Shown here in pieces: positions 29,408-39,687 of a stretch of 64,000 bases of DNA. Under the pieces are notes generated by a model, which saw only the letters and a list, made by a program, of their open reading frames with translations, was not told the DNA's origin and made no database searches. The position numbers and the translations under genes are program-made. Position 1 is the stretch's first letter. Each line of letters begins with the position of its first letter. The stretch comes from Chromatiales bacterium (GTDB lineage: Bacteria; Pseudomonadota; Gammaproteobacteria; JAGRCI01): positions 4,412-68,411 of the forward strand of contig JAGRGI010000081.1 of assembly GCA_020445565.1 (NCBI GenBank). Reading direction: 5' to 3'.

Positions 29408-29471
29408 TCGGCGCACATCCGGGCTTTCACCTCCCTGTGGCTGGATTCCGCCGCTCCCTGGCGGAATGACG
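29408..29471. repeat. Conserved ~64-nt element, copy 2 (hairpin ATTCCGCC-N7-GGCGGAAT with SD and ATG on the minus strand). It lies ~290-360 bp upstream of the giant surface-protein gene and ~110 bp upstream of divergent hupE.
   Basis: About 58 of 64 nt are identical to 2985..3048. The stem is conserved while the loop differs, which is a compensatory pattern. On the minus strand, GGGAGGTGA then an ATG open a 58-codon ORF that is not conserved beyond MCAE. Confidence 0.6.
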
Positions 29472-29583
29472 GTACCGCCGACCATCGTCTGCATAGGAAG
29501 TGCCGCCCCCCACCAGCCTTGCCGCATTGCGGGAATGGGCATAGGATTGCCGAACTAAACTCAGCATCTCCGGAGGAAATGCC

Positions 29584-30171
29584 ATGCGTCAGCGCCCGCA
29601 CGCCTACCTCGGTCTGTTTGTCCTGTTAGCACTGCTACCCCTGGCAGCGGTGGCCCATGAACAGGGGGCGATCGGGGCCAATGCGTTTCTTACCGGCTTC
29701 ATGCACCCCTTGGGCGGCTTGGACCACATGCTGGCGATGTTAGCCGTGGGTATGTGGGGCGCGCAGTTGGGCATGCCGGCCCTGTGGTTGCTTCCAGTAG
29801 CCTTTCCGCTGCTGATGGCGGTAGGTGGCGTTATGGGCATGGTCGGCTTTCCATTGCCGACGGTCGAACTGGGCATCGCCCTGTCTGTGCTGGCACTGGG
29901 CGGGGTCATCGCCCTCAATTTTCGCGCTCCGTTATGGGCCAGCCTGCTGATCGTCAGTTTTTTTGCCGTGTTCCACGGTTACGCCCACGGCATGGAACTG
30001 CCCGCGCAGACCAACCCGCTTTCCTATAGTCTGGGCTTCGTGGTCGCCACCGGCCTGATTCACCTTGCCGGCATCGGCATCGGCATGGTTACCCACCTGC
30101 CGCGTGGCATGACGCTGCTGCGTGCCGGCGGCGGCGCCATTGCGGCGGCGGGGGCATTCCTGCTGGTATGA
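29584..30171 (+). CDS. hupE: HupE/UreJ family metal (Ni/Co) transporter accessory protein
   Basis: Signal peptide, AHEQGAIGANAFLTGFMHPLGGLDHMLAML (the HupE/UreJ His motif) and 6 TMs. Confidence 0.75.
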   Translation: MRQRPHAYLGLFVLLALLPLAAVAHEQGAIGANAFLTGFMHPLGGLDHMLAMLAVGMWGAQLGMPALWLLPVAFPLLMAVGGVMGMVGFPLPTVELGIALSVLALGGVIALNFRAPLWASLLIVSFFAVFHGYAHGMELPAQTNPLSYSLGFVVATGLIHLAGIGIGMVTHLPRGMTLLRAGGGAIAAAGAFLLV

Positions 30172-30773
30172 GAACCCTGCTGGCGCTGGGGCTGACGCTG
30201 ATCGCCAACCCGGCCTTTGCCCATATAGGTATCGCCGCCAATGATTTGTACGCCGGGATGCTACACCCGGCGATTCACTTCACCACCCTAATGCCGCTGC
30301 TGGCCCTGGCCTTGTGGCTTGCCCAGCAACCGGCCGATACCTTGCGCCTGTCCGTTCCGGCCTTTTTGCTCACAGCGCTCGCGGGCGCCGTGCTCGCGCT
30401 GTTCCTTCCTCATCTGCCCGACGCCTCGGTGGCCTATCTGCCATTGACCCTCGTTCTCGGGGTGATGGTCATCGCCGCATGGCGCGGGCCGGCCTGGTTG
30501 GTCATCGGCCTGGCTGCCGCGACCGGGTGGGCCGAGGGCTATGGCAATCTGTCCACGGTACGGGGCGAATTGGCCGACCCGATGCTTTTCACTGTGGGCC
30601 TGCTGCTCACTTTGGGGCTGATACCGCTTCATCTGGTCGGCCTGCTGTATCAACGTGAACAACTCTGGATACGCACGGGTGCCAGAGTCGCGGGCAGTTG
30701 GATCACGACGGCGGGTTTTCTGGTTCTGGCCCTGCAGTGGACCGGCCACGATTTGAGCACCATCGCGCCATGA
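30168..30773 (+). CDS. HupE/UreJ-like paralogous membrane protein
   Basis: Same architecture with a related N-terminal motif AHIGIAANDLYAGMLHPAIH. ATGA overlap with the preceding gene. Confidence 0.55.
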   Translation: MRTLLALGLTLIANPAFAHIGIAANDLYAGMLHPAIHFTTLMPLLALALWLAQQPADTLRLSVPAFLLTALAGAVLALFLPHLPDASVAYLPLTLVLGVMVIAAWRGPAWLVIGLAAATGWAEGYGNLSTVRGELADPMLFTVGLLLTLGLIPLHLVGLLYQREQLWIRTGARVAGSWITTAGFLVLALQWTGHDLSTIAP

Positions 30774-31219
30774 CACCAACAGAGAGACCCGCCGATCCCT
30801 ATCTACAGGCATTCGAGGGAGGATTCTCCGGGGTGCTGCGCTGGCACCAACTGGACGATCTGTGGGAAAGGCTTCGTGCCAAGCCGGAGGGATGGTTCGC
30901 CTATGCCCTTGGCGAGGCTCCGCCAACCAAACCGCTGGAGCCGGCCGACCTGGATCGCTTCCTGAGCGAGTTGGACCGCCTGATCCGTGCCGAACATGGA
31001 GAGGACTACTGTGGGATCGTCTACGCCGACAGTCTCCAGAATCCCGATTTCGTAAAGGTCTACGATCCCAACAACCTGGGCGCGGTGTGTGGCTCCAGCG
31101 GGGTACGTACGCTGCCGGGCTGGACCCTTTCCCGATTGCGCCCCGTGGATCTGCATGACGCCCTGCCGGCGCCCGGCAACCGGCGGCGCTGGTGGCAACG
31201 CCTGTTCGGGTCGGCATGA
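30770..31219 (+). CDS. Conserved hypothetical cytoplasmic protein
   Basis: The ATG at 30770 overlaps the upstream stop (ATGA); the tracker's longer form overlaps the previous gene. There are no recognisable motifs. Confidence 0.45.
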   Translation: MTPTERPADPYLQAFEGGFSGVLRWHQLDDLWERLRAKPEGWFAYALGEAPPTKPLEPADLDRFLSELDRLIRAEHGEDYCGIVYADSLQNPDFVKVYDPNNLGAVCGSSGVRTLPGWTLSRLRPVDLHDALPAPGNRRRWWQRLFGSA

Positions 31220-31225
31220 CACTCA

Positions 31226-33046
31226 TTGCGAGTCATGCCCATGAATGAAAGGCATGACGACCTCCCCGAAGCCGGCTACAACTGGCGCTATCTGTTAGGC
31301 ATCGCACTGCTGCATCGGCGCGAGCTGATTCTCGCCCATATCGTCGCTATCGCCGGCGCGTTGCTGTCGGTTCCCATCCCCCTGCTCATGCCCCTGTTGG
31401 TGGACGAAGTCCTGCTGGACAAACCGGCGGTCATGGTAGAGACCATGAACCGGCTGTTTCCATCGGCCTGGCACGGACCCGTGCTGTACATCGTCGCGGT
31501 CCTGCTGTTTGCCCTGTTGATGCGCTTGGGTTCGTTGTTGTTGGGGGTGTGGCAGACACGTCAGTTCACCGCCATCTCAAAGGACATCACCTATCGCATC
31601 CGTCGTGAGTTGCTGCTGAGGTTGCGTCGGGTCTCCATGGCGGAATACGAGACCGTAGGCAGTGGTGCGGTGGCGTCACACCTGGTCACTGATCTGGATT
31701 CTGTGGACCTGTTCGTGGGCATGTCGGTAAGCCGCTTTCTGGTGGCGGTGCTGAGCATCGTCGGAACGGCGCTGGTACTGCTGTGGATGAATTGGCAGTT
31801 GGCCGTGGTGATCCTGGCCATGAACCCGGTGGTCATCTATCTGACCACGGTGTTGGGACGCAAGGTGAAACGCCTGAAAAAGCGCGAGAATGAAGCCTAT
31901 GAAGGTTTTCAGCGTAATCTGGGAGAGACCCTGGACGCCATCCAGCAAATCCGTGCCAGCAACCGGGAAGGCTTTTATATCGGGCGCGTCATCGATCAGG
32001 CCGACGCCATTAAGCGGCACTCCACCGCCTTCGCCTGGAAAAGCGACGCGGCCAACCGGCTGTCCTTCGTTGTGTTTCTTTTTGGCTTTGATGCGTTTCG
32101 CGCCTTGAGCATGTTCATGGTGCTGTTCTCGGGCCTTTCCATTGGCCAGATGCTGGCGGTATTCGCCTATCTGTGGTTCATGATGGGGCCGGTACAGGAA
32201 ATTCTCGGCATCCAGTACAGCTTTCATGCGGCCCAGGCCGCCCTGGGCCGAATCAATCGCCTTGTGCACATGGATCGTGAGCCAGAGTACCCGCATATCA
32301 GAAATCCGTTCGAAGGGACAAAGACCACCTCCATTCGCCTGGAAAACCTGAACTTCGCCTACGGTGACGGCCCAGCTGTGCTCAAGAACGTCTCCCTGAC
32401 GATTGCGCCCGGTGAGAAGGTTGCCCTGGTGGGCGCCAGCGGCGGCGGCAAGACCACCCTGGTGCAAGTGCTGCTGGGTCTCTACCCCGCGCGTTCCGGC
32501 CAGGTGTATTACGGCGGTGTGCCCGTTACTGAGGTGGGCATGGACGTGGTCCGCGACCATGTGGCGACGGTCCTGCAACACCCGGTTCTGTTCAACGACA
32601 GCGTGCGGATGAACCTCACCCTCGGGCGGGACATCCCGGACGAACAGCTCTGGCGGGCCATCGACATCGCCCAATTGCGGGAGGTCATCGAAAAGCTGGA
32701 CCAGGGACTGGAAACCATCATCGGCCGACAGGGTGTGCGCCTGTCGGGCGGGCAGCGGCAAAGGGTCGCCATCGCCAGAATGGTGTTGACGGACCCTAAA
32801 ATCGTCATTTTGGACGAGGCCACGTCGGCCCTGGACGCAGAGGTGGAGGGTCGTGTCCACCAGGCCCTGCACGATTTTTTGCAGGGGCGCACCACGGTGA
32901 TCATCGCTCATCGGCTGTCCGCTGTGCGTCAGGCGGACCGTGCCCTGGTGTTCGACGACGGCCGCATCATCGAGGAGGGACGCCACGAGACCCTCTTGGA
33001 GAATGACGGCTTGTACGCACGGCTCTATGGTTCTCAAGGCGTATAA
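31226..33046 (+). CDS. ABC exporter, fused permease and ATPase (MsbA/type-I-secretion-like)
   Basis: N-terminal 6-TM domain; Walker A GASGGGKTT, signature LSGGQRQRVAIAR, Walker B ILDEATSALD. Confidence 0.8.
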   Translation: MRVMPMNERHDDLPEAGYNWRYLLGIALLHRRELILAHIVAIAGALLSVPIPLLMPLLVDEVLLDKPAVMVETMNRLFPSAWHGPVLYIVAVLLFALLMRLGSLLLGVWQTRQFTAISKDITYRIRRELLLRLRRVSMAEYETVGSGAVASHLVTDLDSVDLFVGMSVSRFLVAVLSIVGTALVLLWMNWQLAVVILAMNPVVIYLTTVLGRKVKRLKKRENEAYEGFQRNLGETLDAIQQIRASNREGFYIGRVIDQADAIKRHSTAFAWKSDAANRLSFVVFLFGFDAFRALSMFMVLFSGLSIGQMLAVFAYLWFMMGPVQEILGIQYSFHAAQAALGRINRLVHMDREPEYPHIRNPFEGTKTTSIRLENLNFAYGDGPAVLKNVSLTIAPGEKVALVGASGGGKTTLVQVLLGLYPARSGQVYYGGVPVTEVGMDVVRDHVATVLQHPVLFNDSVRMNLTLGRDIPDEQLWRAIDIAQLREVIEKLDQGLETIIGRQGVRLSGGQRQRVAIARMVLTDPKIVILDEATSALDAEVEGRVHQALHDFLQGRTTVIIAHRLSAVRQADRALVFDDGRIIEEGRHETLLENDGLYARLYGSQGV

Positions 33047-33897
33047 TGACGGGCATGGCCTCCTTGAAACCACTCGACTTCGACCTGTTATCCCGTCCGG
33101 ACTACGCCAACGCGGATCTGGCGGAGTCCGCGCTGTTGATCGCCGCCGAAGAATACCCCGGTCTTTCCGTCAAGGCTGAGCTGGCCAGGGTCGAGGCCCA
33201 CTGCCGGGCGGTCACCGAACAAACACCACCGGAAGCCTCCCCCGAGGAACGCGCCAGGATTCTCAGTGACTATCTCTATCGGCAAGTGGGTTTCGCCGGC
33301 AATCGCGATGACTACAACGACCCGCGAAACAGCTTCCTCAATGACGTCATGGATCGACGGCTGGGACTGCCCATAACACTATCCGTTCTCCATGTGGCGA
33401 TCGGCCAACGCCTGGGTTTGGATTTTCGCGGCATCTCTTTTCCGGGGCACTTCATCATTCGCTTTCGGACGGGCGACCGGGTGCAGATCATCGACCCCTT
33501 CGAAGGCGGACGGATTTTGGAACAGAAGGAGCTGATAAAACGCGCCGGTCCTCTGGTGCAGGACGCAAAAAAACCGGGCGAAGCCCTGAATTACTGGCTC
33601 TCCCCCGCAGATACGCCGACAATCGTGGTGCGTATGTTGCGCAATTTGAAAGCCAGTTTTCTTCGCTTGGAGAAATACGAAAAGGCCATCCGCTGCATAG
33701 ACACCTTGCTGCGCGTATCGCCCCAGGAGGTAGAGGAAATCCGTGACCGGGGCCTGGTCTACGAAAGGCTCGAGTGCCACCGCGCGGCCGCCGAGGACTA
33801 TGGGCGCTACTTGGCCATGAGTCCCGACGCGGAAGATGCCGATCAGGTTCACCAGCGCTTTCTGCAAGCCCGCTCCCAGGCGGCCCGGTTGCACTGA
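33046..33897 (+). CDS. SirB1/YchA-like protein (transglutaminase-like plus TPR, UPF0162)
   Basis: GLPITLSVLHVAIGQRLGL...FPGHFI core followed by TPR-like helices; overlaps both neighbours (operon). Confidence 0.6.
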   Translation: MTGMASLKPLDFDLLSRPDYANADLAESALLIAAEEYPGLSVKAELARVEAHCRAVTEQTPPEASPEERARILSDYLYRQVGFAGNRDDYNDPRNSFLNDVMDRRLGLPITLSVLHVAIGQRLGLDFRGISFPGHFIIRFRTGDRVQIIDPFEGGRILEQKELIKRAGPLVQDAKKPGEALNYWLSPADTPTIVVRMLRNLKASFLRLEKYEKAIRCIDTLLRVSPQEVEEIRDRGLVYERLECHRAAAEDYGRYLAMSPDAEDADQVHQRFLQARSQAARLH

Positions 33898-34538
33898 TGG
33901 ATGTACCGAAACTGCTCTTGTTGACCGCGGCGTGGCTGGTTTACTTCGTTTTGCATTCCCTGTTCGCCTCTCTGGGTTTCAAGCGTACCGTCGCCCGCAA
34001 TCATCCCGAATGGATGCCCGCGTACCGTTTGGCCTTTAATATCGTCGCCGTCGGACTACTGATTGTGCCGCTGGCGCTCACCTTCCTCTGGCGTGGCGAA
34101 CCGCTGTGGGCCTGGAGCGGGACCTGGGCATGGCTGGCCAATGGCCTGACGGCGCTTGCTGTTGTTGGATTCGCTTGGACCTCCCGCTGCTACGACGGCA
34201 GTGAGTTTCTCGGCTTGCGACAGTGGCGCGCGCGGGAGAAGCGGGTAGAAGACCAGGAGCACTTCCAGCTCTCGCCCGTACACCGTTACGTGCGACATCC
34301 CTGGTATTTCCTGGGTTTGGTGCTGATTTGGACAAGAGACATGGACCCGGCCTTTCTTGTGACGGCAATCGCCATCACCGCCTACTTTGTCGTTGGCTCC
34401 AAACTGGAAGACCGCAAACTGATCGCCTACCACGGCGAGGTTTACAAACGCTACAGAGAGCGGGTTTGCGGGCTGGTGCCGCTGCCATGGCGCTTCCTCA
34501 GCGAGGCGGAAGCGGAGAAGTTGGTTCGGCAACCCTGA
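33897..34538 (+). CDS. Membrane methyltransferase-family protein (ICMT/PEMT-like, DUF1295-like)
   Basis: Multi-TM protein with the HRYVRHPWYFLGLVLIW motif typical of the isoprenylcysteine/phospholipid methyltransferase fold; TGATG overlap. Confidence 0.55.
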   Translation: MDVPKLLLLTAAWLVYFVLHSLFASLGFKRTVARNHPEWMPAYRLAFNIVAVGLLIVPLALTFLWRGEPLWAWSGTWAWLANGLTALAVVGFAWTSRCYDGSEFLGLRQWRAREKRVEDQEHFQLSPVHRYVRHPWYFLGLVLIWTRDMDPAFLVTAIAITAYFVVGSKLEDRKLIAYHGEVYKRYRERVCGLVPLPWRFLSEAEAEKLVRQP

Positions 34539-34708
34539 CCTTCACAACACCTCGGGATTGGGAACCTGCATGGTCCCGTCCCCCATACCCATTACCAGGA
34601 TTCCCCTGCAAGTAGCCAGTTTTACCACGCCGGGATCGGACGCAAGGTTGGCGAATCCACCCACGACACACTTGCCCGAATTCGTGCAACCAATCCACCT
34701 TCTATACA

Positions 34709-35365
34709 CTAATGCCGCATTCGGCCTCCTCCGCCGGACTCTCCCCCCACCATTTCCAGGATGGCCTTCAGCAATTCGGCCCGTTCGTTGGGCAAAACGG
34801 TTTCGATCAGCGACTGCTTCTGCTTGTTGTCCAGTGGCAAATTGGCGATCAGGGCATTGACCAGCAAGTGGTCGTCGGCTTTCTCGAAGCCATCCCAGGA
34901 AACCTCGGCACCCACCGATTCCGCATAGGCTCTCAGCGCGTCGGTCAACCCGGTTCGATCAATCTCGTTTTCTGCCGGATCCTGGTAATCGCCGTTGAAT
35001 CGGGTCCAATCCGCACGCACGCGCCGGTAACCTCGGGCAAGCGGCAATTCGTCAACCACGTCGAAACGGCACAGGCCGGTGAGAACCAGAATGATCCGGC
35101 CGTCATCGGTCTCACTGAATGAACTGATCCGGCCTGCACAGCCCGTTTTGCTCAGGACTCGTTCATCCTCGTCCAGTGGTTGAATCATGCCGATCAGTCG
35201 CCGGGCGCCCAGGGCGTCCTCCACCATATTAAGGTAGCGGGGTTCGAAGACATTCAGCGGCAACTGCGTACCCGGCATGAGAACGGCGCCCGACAGGGGG
35301 AATACGGCGATGTCGGCCGGCAACCGATCAAACGGCAGCGTAAATGGGTTTCTATGCATCAACAC
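34709..35365 (-). CDS. LON N-terminal (substrate-binding) domain protein
   Basis: FPLSGAVLMPGTQLPLNVFEPRYLNMV is a LON N-domain signature; 218 aa. Confidence 0.75.
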   Translation of the reverse strand: MLMHRNPFTLPFDRLPADIAVFPLSGAVLMPGTQLPLNVFEPRYLNMVEDALGARRLIGMIQPLDEDERVLSKTGCAGRISSFSETDDGRIILVLTGLCRFDVVDELPLARGYRRVRADWTRFNGDYQDPAENEIDRTGLTDALRAYAESVGAEVSWDGFEKADDHLLVNALIANLPLDNKQKQSLIETVLPNERAELLKAILEMVGGESGGGGRMRH

Positions 35366-35440
35366 ACCTGCTGGTCAATTCTTGTCAAACCGTAACCGAC
35401 TCACATTCCTTGCAATCCGGGAAAACCAAGATCCCGGACT

Positions 35441-36544
35441 ATGCTTGCGATAAAACAACGGCCCAAGGAGCAACCCGTGGCATTGTTCTCCAAACGCTAT
35501 CATCCCCCCGGCACCCCGCCCGGCACGCTGGCGCCGGCAACCGATCAGGCGCCTCCACGCATTCGGCGCATCGACTATTCGGCCTCACAGATCGACGTCA
35601 AGGAAGCGCTTTGTCTGGACGACTGCACGCCCAGTCCGAACGCGGAATCGATACGCTGGGTACACCTCCAGGGCACACCGGACGTGGCAACCCTGTCGCA
35701 CCTGGGCAGGGTGTTCGGCCTACACCCCTTGGCACTCGAGGACGTGGCCAATTCCGGCCAGCGACCGAAATTCGATGCCTTCGACGAGCACCTGTTCATC
35801 ATACTCAGCCTGCCCGAACTGATCGATGGCCATGTGCGGACCCGCCAAATCAGCCTGTTTCTGGCCCCGCGTCTGGTGCTGAGCTTCTGCGAAGGCGAAC
35901 AGGATCCCTTCGAAGGACTGGTTCGGAACCTGCAATTGCGCTCGGGGAAGATTCGCAGCCTGGGAGCCGACTACCTGCTCTACGCGTTGATGGACACTGT
36001 CATCGACCAACCATTCCCGCTGCTGGAGGAATTCGGCATGCGCCTGGAACAATTGGAAGAAAGCTTGCTGGAATACCCCAATGAAGCCACGCTTGCCGAA
36101 ATACACGGCGTAAAACGGGATCTGATCCTGCTGCGGCGCCTGCTGTGGCCTCAGCGCGAAGTGGTGAACCGTGTGCAGCGAGACGGCGAGGATCTGATCA
36201 CCGACAACACTCGCCTCTACCTTCGCGACTGCTACGATCACACCGTGCAGGTGATGGATCTGCTCGAATCCTACCGGGAGATGAATGCGGCCCTTTTGGA
36301 CATATACCTATCCAGCCAGGGGAATCGCATGAACGAGGTGATGCGCGTCCTAACCGTCATCGCCACCCTGTTCATTCCCCTGACCTTCATCGTTGGCCTC
36401 TATGGAATGAATTTCGATACCAGGGTCAGCCCATGGAACATGCCAGAGTTGGGTTGGCGCTATGGCTATGTCGCAGTTTGGGGACTGATGATCGCCATGG
36501 TGGTAGGGATGCTGGCCTACTTTCGGCGCAAAAACTGGATTTGA
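35441..36544 (+). CDS. corA: Magnesium/cobalt transporter CorA
   Basis: GMN motif (YGMNFD) before two C-terminal TMs; CorA-like length. Confidence 0.85.
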   Translation: MLAIKQRPKEQPVALFSKRYHPPGTPPGTLAPATDQAPPRIRRIDYSASQIDVKEALCLDDCTPSPNAESIRWVHLQGTPDVATLSHLGRVFGLHPLALEDVANSGQRPKFDAFDEHLFIILSLPELIDGHVRTRQISLFLAPRLVLSFCEGEQDPFEGLVRNLQLRSGKIRSLGADYLLYALMDTVIDQPFPLLEEFGMRLEQLEESLLEYPNEATLAEIHGVKRDLILLRRLLWPQREVVNRVQRDGEDLITDNTRLYLRDCYDHTVQVMDLLESYREMNAALLDIYLSSQGNRMNEVMRVLTVIATLFIPLTFIVGLYGMNFDTRVSPWNMPELGWRYGYVAVWGLMIAMVVGMLAYFRRKNWI

Positions 36545-37134
36545 TCGCCTGACGGATCGCCCGTACCGGGCGTAGCCGTGGCTGGCAGATGCTCTTCGGC
36601 CTGTGGCACCACCGGTTCGCCGCTCAGTATCGGGGCGGCATCCCAACTGCCCGCATCCATCATGTCTGCCACCCGCCGCAGAGCTTCGGTCAACGATTGC
36701 CGCTCCTCTACCGGCAATCCGTGAAAACGGGAAATGAAGGTCTCCTGCAACAGCGGTGGCGAGGTCTTCAGGACCAGCCTGGCGGATTCGGTAACCGACA
36801 CCAGCACGCGACGCCGGTCCTCATCGGCCCGCAGACGCTCCAACATTCCCCGGGATTCCAAGCGTTTCACCACATCGGTAATGCTTGCCTGGCTCAGACT
36901 CACCCGACGTGCCAATTCGCCCGCCGTAAGCGGCCCTTCTCGGGCTACCACACTGAGTATCAAGGCTTGCGGGCCGGTGAGCCCATGGCACCGATACAAT
37001 TCCCGCGAGTGCAGGTCCACTGCCCGCATGATGCGCCTCAGGGAAGTAAGAATCTGATCGGAAAGCGAACTGACGTCAGACACCGCGAGCAGCCGGATTT
37101 GCCCCCTATTGAGGCCGCACCATATTGGTGCCAC
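36517..37134 (-). CDS. MarR-family transcriptional regulator with a C-terminal extension
   Basis: Winged-helix MarR core (LTGPQALILSVVAREGPLTAGELARRVSLSQASITDVVKRLESRGMLER). Confidence 0.7.
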   Translation of the reverse strand: MAPIWCGLNRGQIRLLAVSDVSSLSDQILTSLRRIMRAVDLHSRELYRCHGLTGPQALILSVVAREGPLTAGELARRVSLSQASITDVVKRLESRGMLERLRADEDRRRVLVSVTESARLVLKTSPPLLQETFISRFHGLPVEERQSLTEALRRVADMMDAGSWDAAPILSGEPVVPQAEEHLPATATPGTGDPSGDQIQFLRRK

Positions 37135-37256
37135 AACCGAAAAAGTGCAATAGGAGAGGCATTTGTTTAGAATTCAAAGCAAAATGTGACACGCTGAGTG
37201 CTTCAGCCGCAATCTCCCGGCCACCCCTCAGCGAAAATCAAGAGATCTGCTTTCTC

Positions 37257-37689
37257 ATGCCTTCCGCTGCCATCGCCACCATTTTTCTGATCCTGGGCCT
37301 GTTCAGCGCTCAGGCCGCCGCCGGTCCTGAGTTGCGATCCAGCGATCCCCTGCCAACCGCGGGCTATTTCACGCTGAGCTGGTCGGCATCAGAATCCACC
37401 TCAGGTGAAATCCAGGTTCAGCAATCCGTATCGGAGGATTTCTCTTCGGCCACGACGCTCTACCAGGGACACGACACAGCCAGTGTACTTTCCGGCCTGA
37501 GTGACGGCCTCTACTACTACCGCGCCCGTGAGATCCACCACGGCGCATCCCCAGGAGATTGGGGTGAGACACTCAGCGTCGAAGTCGCTCATCACCCCTT
37601 GAACCGCGCCCTGGCATTTTTCGGCCTCGGCGCTGTCGTCTTCCTGGCAACATTAATCCTCGTCTTGACCGCGACCCGAAGTACCGATC

Positions 37690-37697
<8 letters not shown>
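37257..37697 (+). CDS. Small secreted/membrane-anchored protein with a fibronectin-III-like fold
   Basis: Signal peptide, FN3-like beta-rich segment (GYFTLSWSASESTSGEIQVQQSV...YYYRAR) and a C-terminal TM. It is divergent from marR. Confidence 0.4.
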
Positions 37698-38925
<1,228 letters not shown>

Positions 38926-38946
38926 GCCACACAAACCAGAGGTTAC

Positions 38947-39687
38947 ATGAGCGACTCCCACCTCAAGCCCGTCGAGAACTATCCCAATATCGATCCACTG
39001 CGCGAGTCTTACCGCGAGTCGATCACCCACATCCCGGCGGTTACCCAATCGCTGGTTCAGCATAAGACCGCCATGCTGTGCATCGACCTGCAATACCTGG
39101 ACGCCGCCCCCGGTTATGGCGTGTTTGCCGACGCCCTGGCTTCCGGAGTGCCGCCTGAGGCTCAGGAGTATTACTTCGACCGGCTCAAATACACCGTGCT
39201 GCCGAATGTGCGCAAACTCCAGGACGCCTTCCGAGCCAAAGAGATGGAAGTGGTACATACCCGCATCCAATCCCTGACCCTGGACGGCCGCGATCGCAGC
39301 CCTGGGCATAAACGTCTCGGCCTGCACGCCGCCCCAGGCTCGAAAGAGGCCGAATTCATCGAGCAGGTGGCCCCCCAAGGCGACGAACTGGTGATCAACA
39401 AGACCGCCAGCGGCGTGTTCAATGCCACCAATATCGAATACCTGTTGCGCAACATGGGGATCACCGGGTTGTTCGTGGTGGGTGTGTACAGCAACGAGTG
39501 CGTCTCCACCGCCATCCGTGACGCCTGCGACCTGGGCTTTTTCGTCACCCTGATTTCCGACGGCTGCGCCACGGTAACGCCGGAACTGCAAAAAGCCACC
39601 ATCACTACCATGCGCGATCGCTACGCACGGGTTCGCACCACCCAGGAAGCCATCGACGAGATCCAGTCCCTCGTTACAGCCACATGA
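38947..39687 (+). CDS. Isochorismatase-family (cysteine hydrolase) protein
   Basis: MLCIDLQYLDA (Asp-Lys-Cys triad context) and VVGVYSNECVSTAIRDA. Confidence 0.65.
   Translation: MSDSHLKPVENYPNIDPLRESYRESITHIPAVTQSLVQHKTAMLCIDLQYLDAAPGYGVFADALASGVPPEAQEYYFDRLKYTVLPNVRKLQDAFRAKEMEVVHTRIQSLTLDGRDRSPGHKRLGLHAAPGSKEAEFIEQVAPQGDELVINKTASGVFNATNIEYLLRNMGITGLFVVGVYSNECVSTAIRDACDLGFFVTLISDGCATVTPELQKATITTMRDRYARVRTTQEAIDEIQSLVTAT

Noticed and set aside
24446-29542. Treating the 1698-aa and 696-aa ORFs as two separate genes
   Set aside because: The last ~130 aa of the 1698-aa ORF are out-of-frame garbage (Pro/Ser/Thr-rich). Meanwhile FG-GAP repeats continue seamlessly into the overlapping 696-aa frame. 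I interpret this as one gene with a homopolymer frameshift.
29242-29601. 119-aa/58-aa minus-strand ORF downstream of element copy 2
   Set aside because: Only the first 4 codons are conserved with copy 1, where a stop follows immediately. It is probably a non-coding leader region and not a protein gene.
31676-33073. 465-aa minus-strand ORF
   Set aside because: Antisense to the ABC exporter, which has complete Walker A, signature and Walker B motifs.
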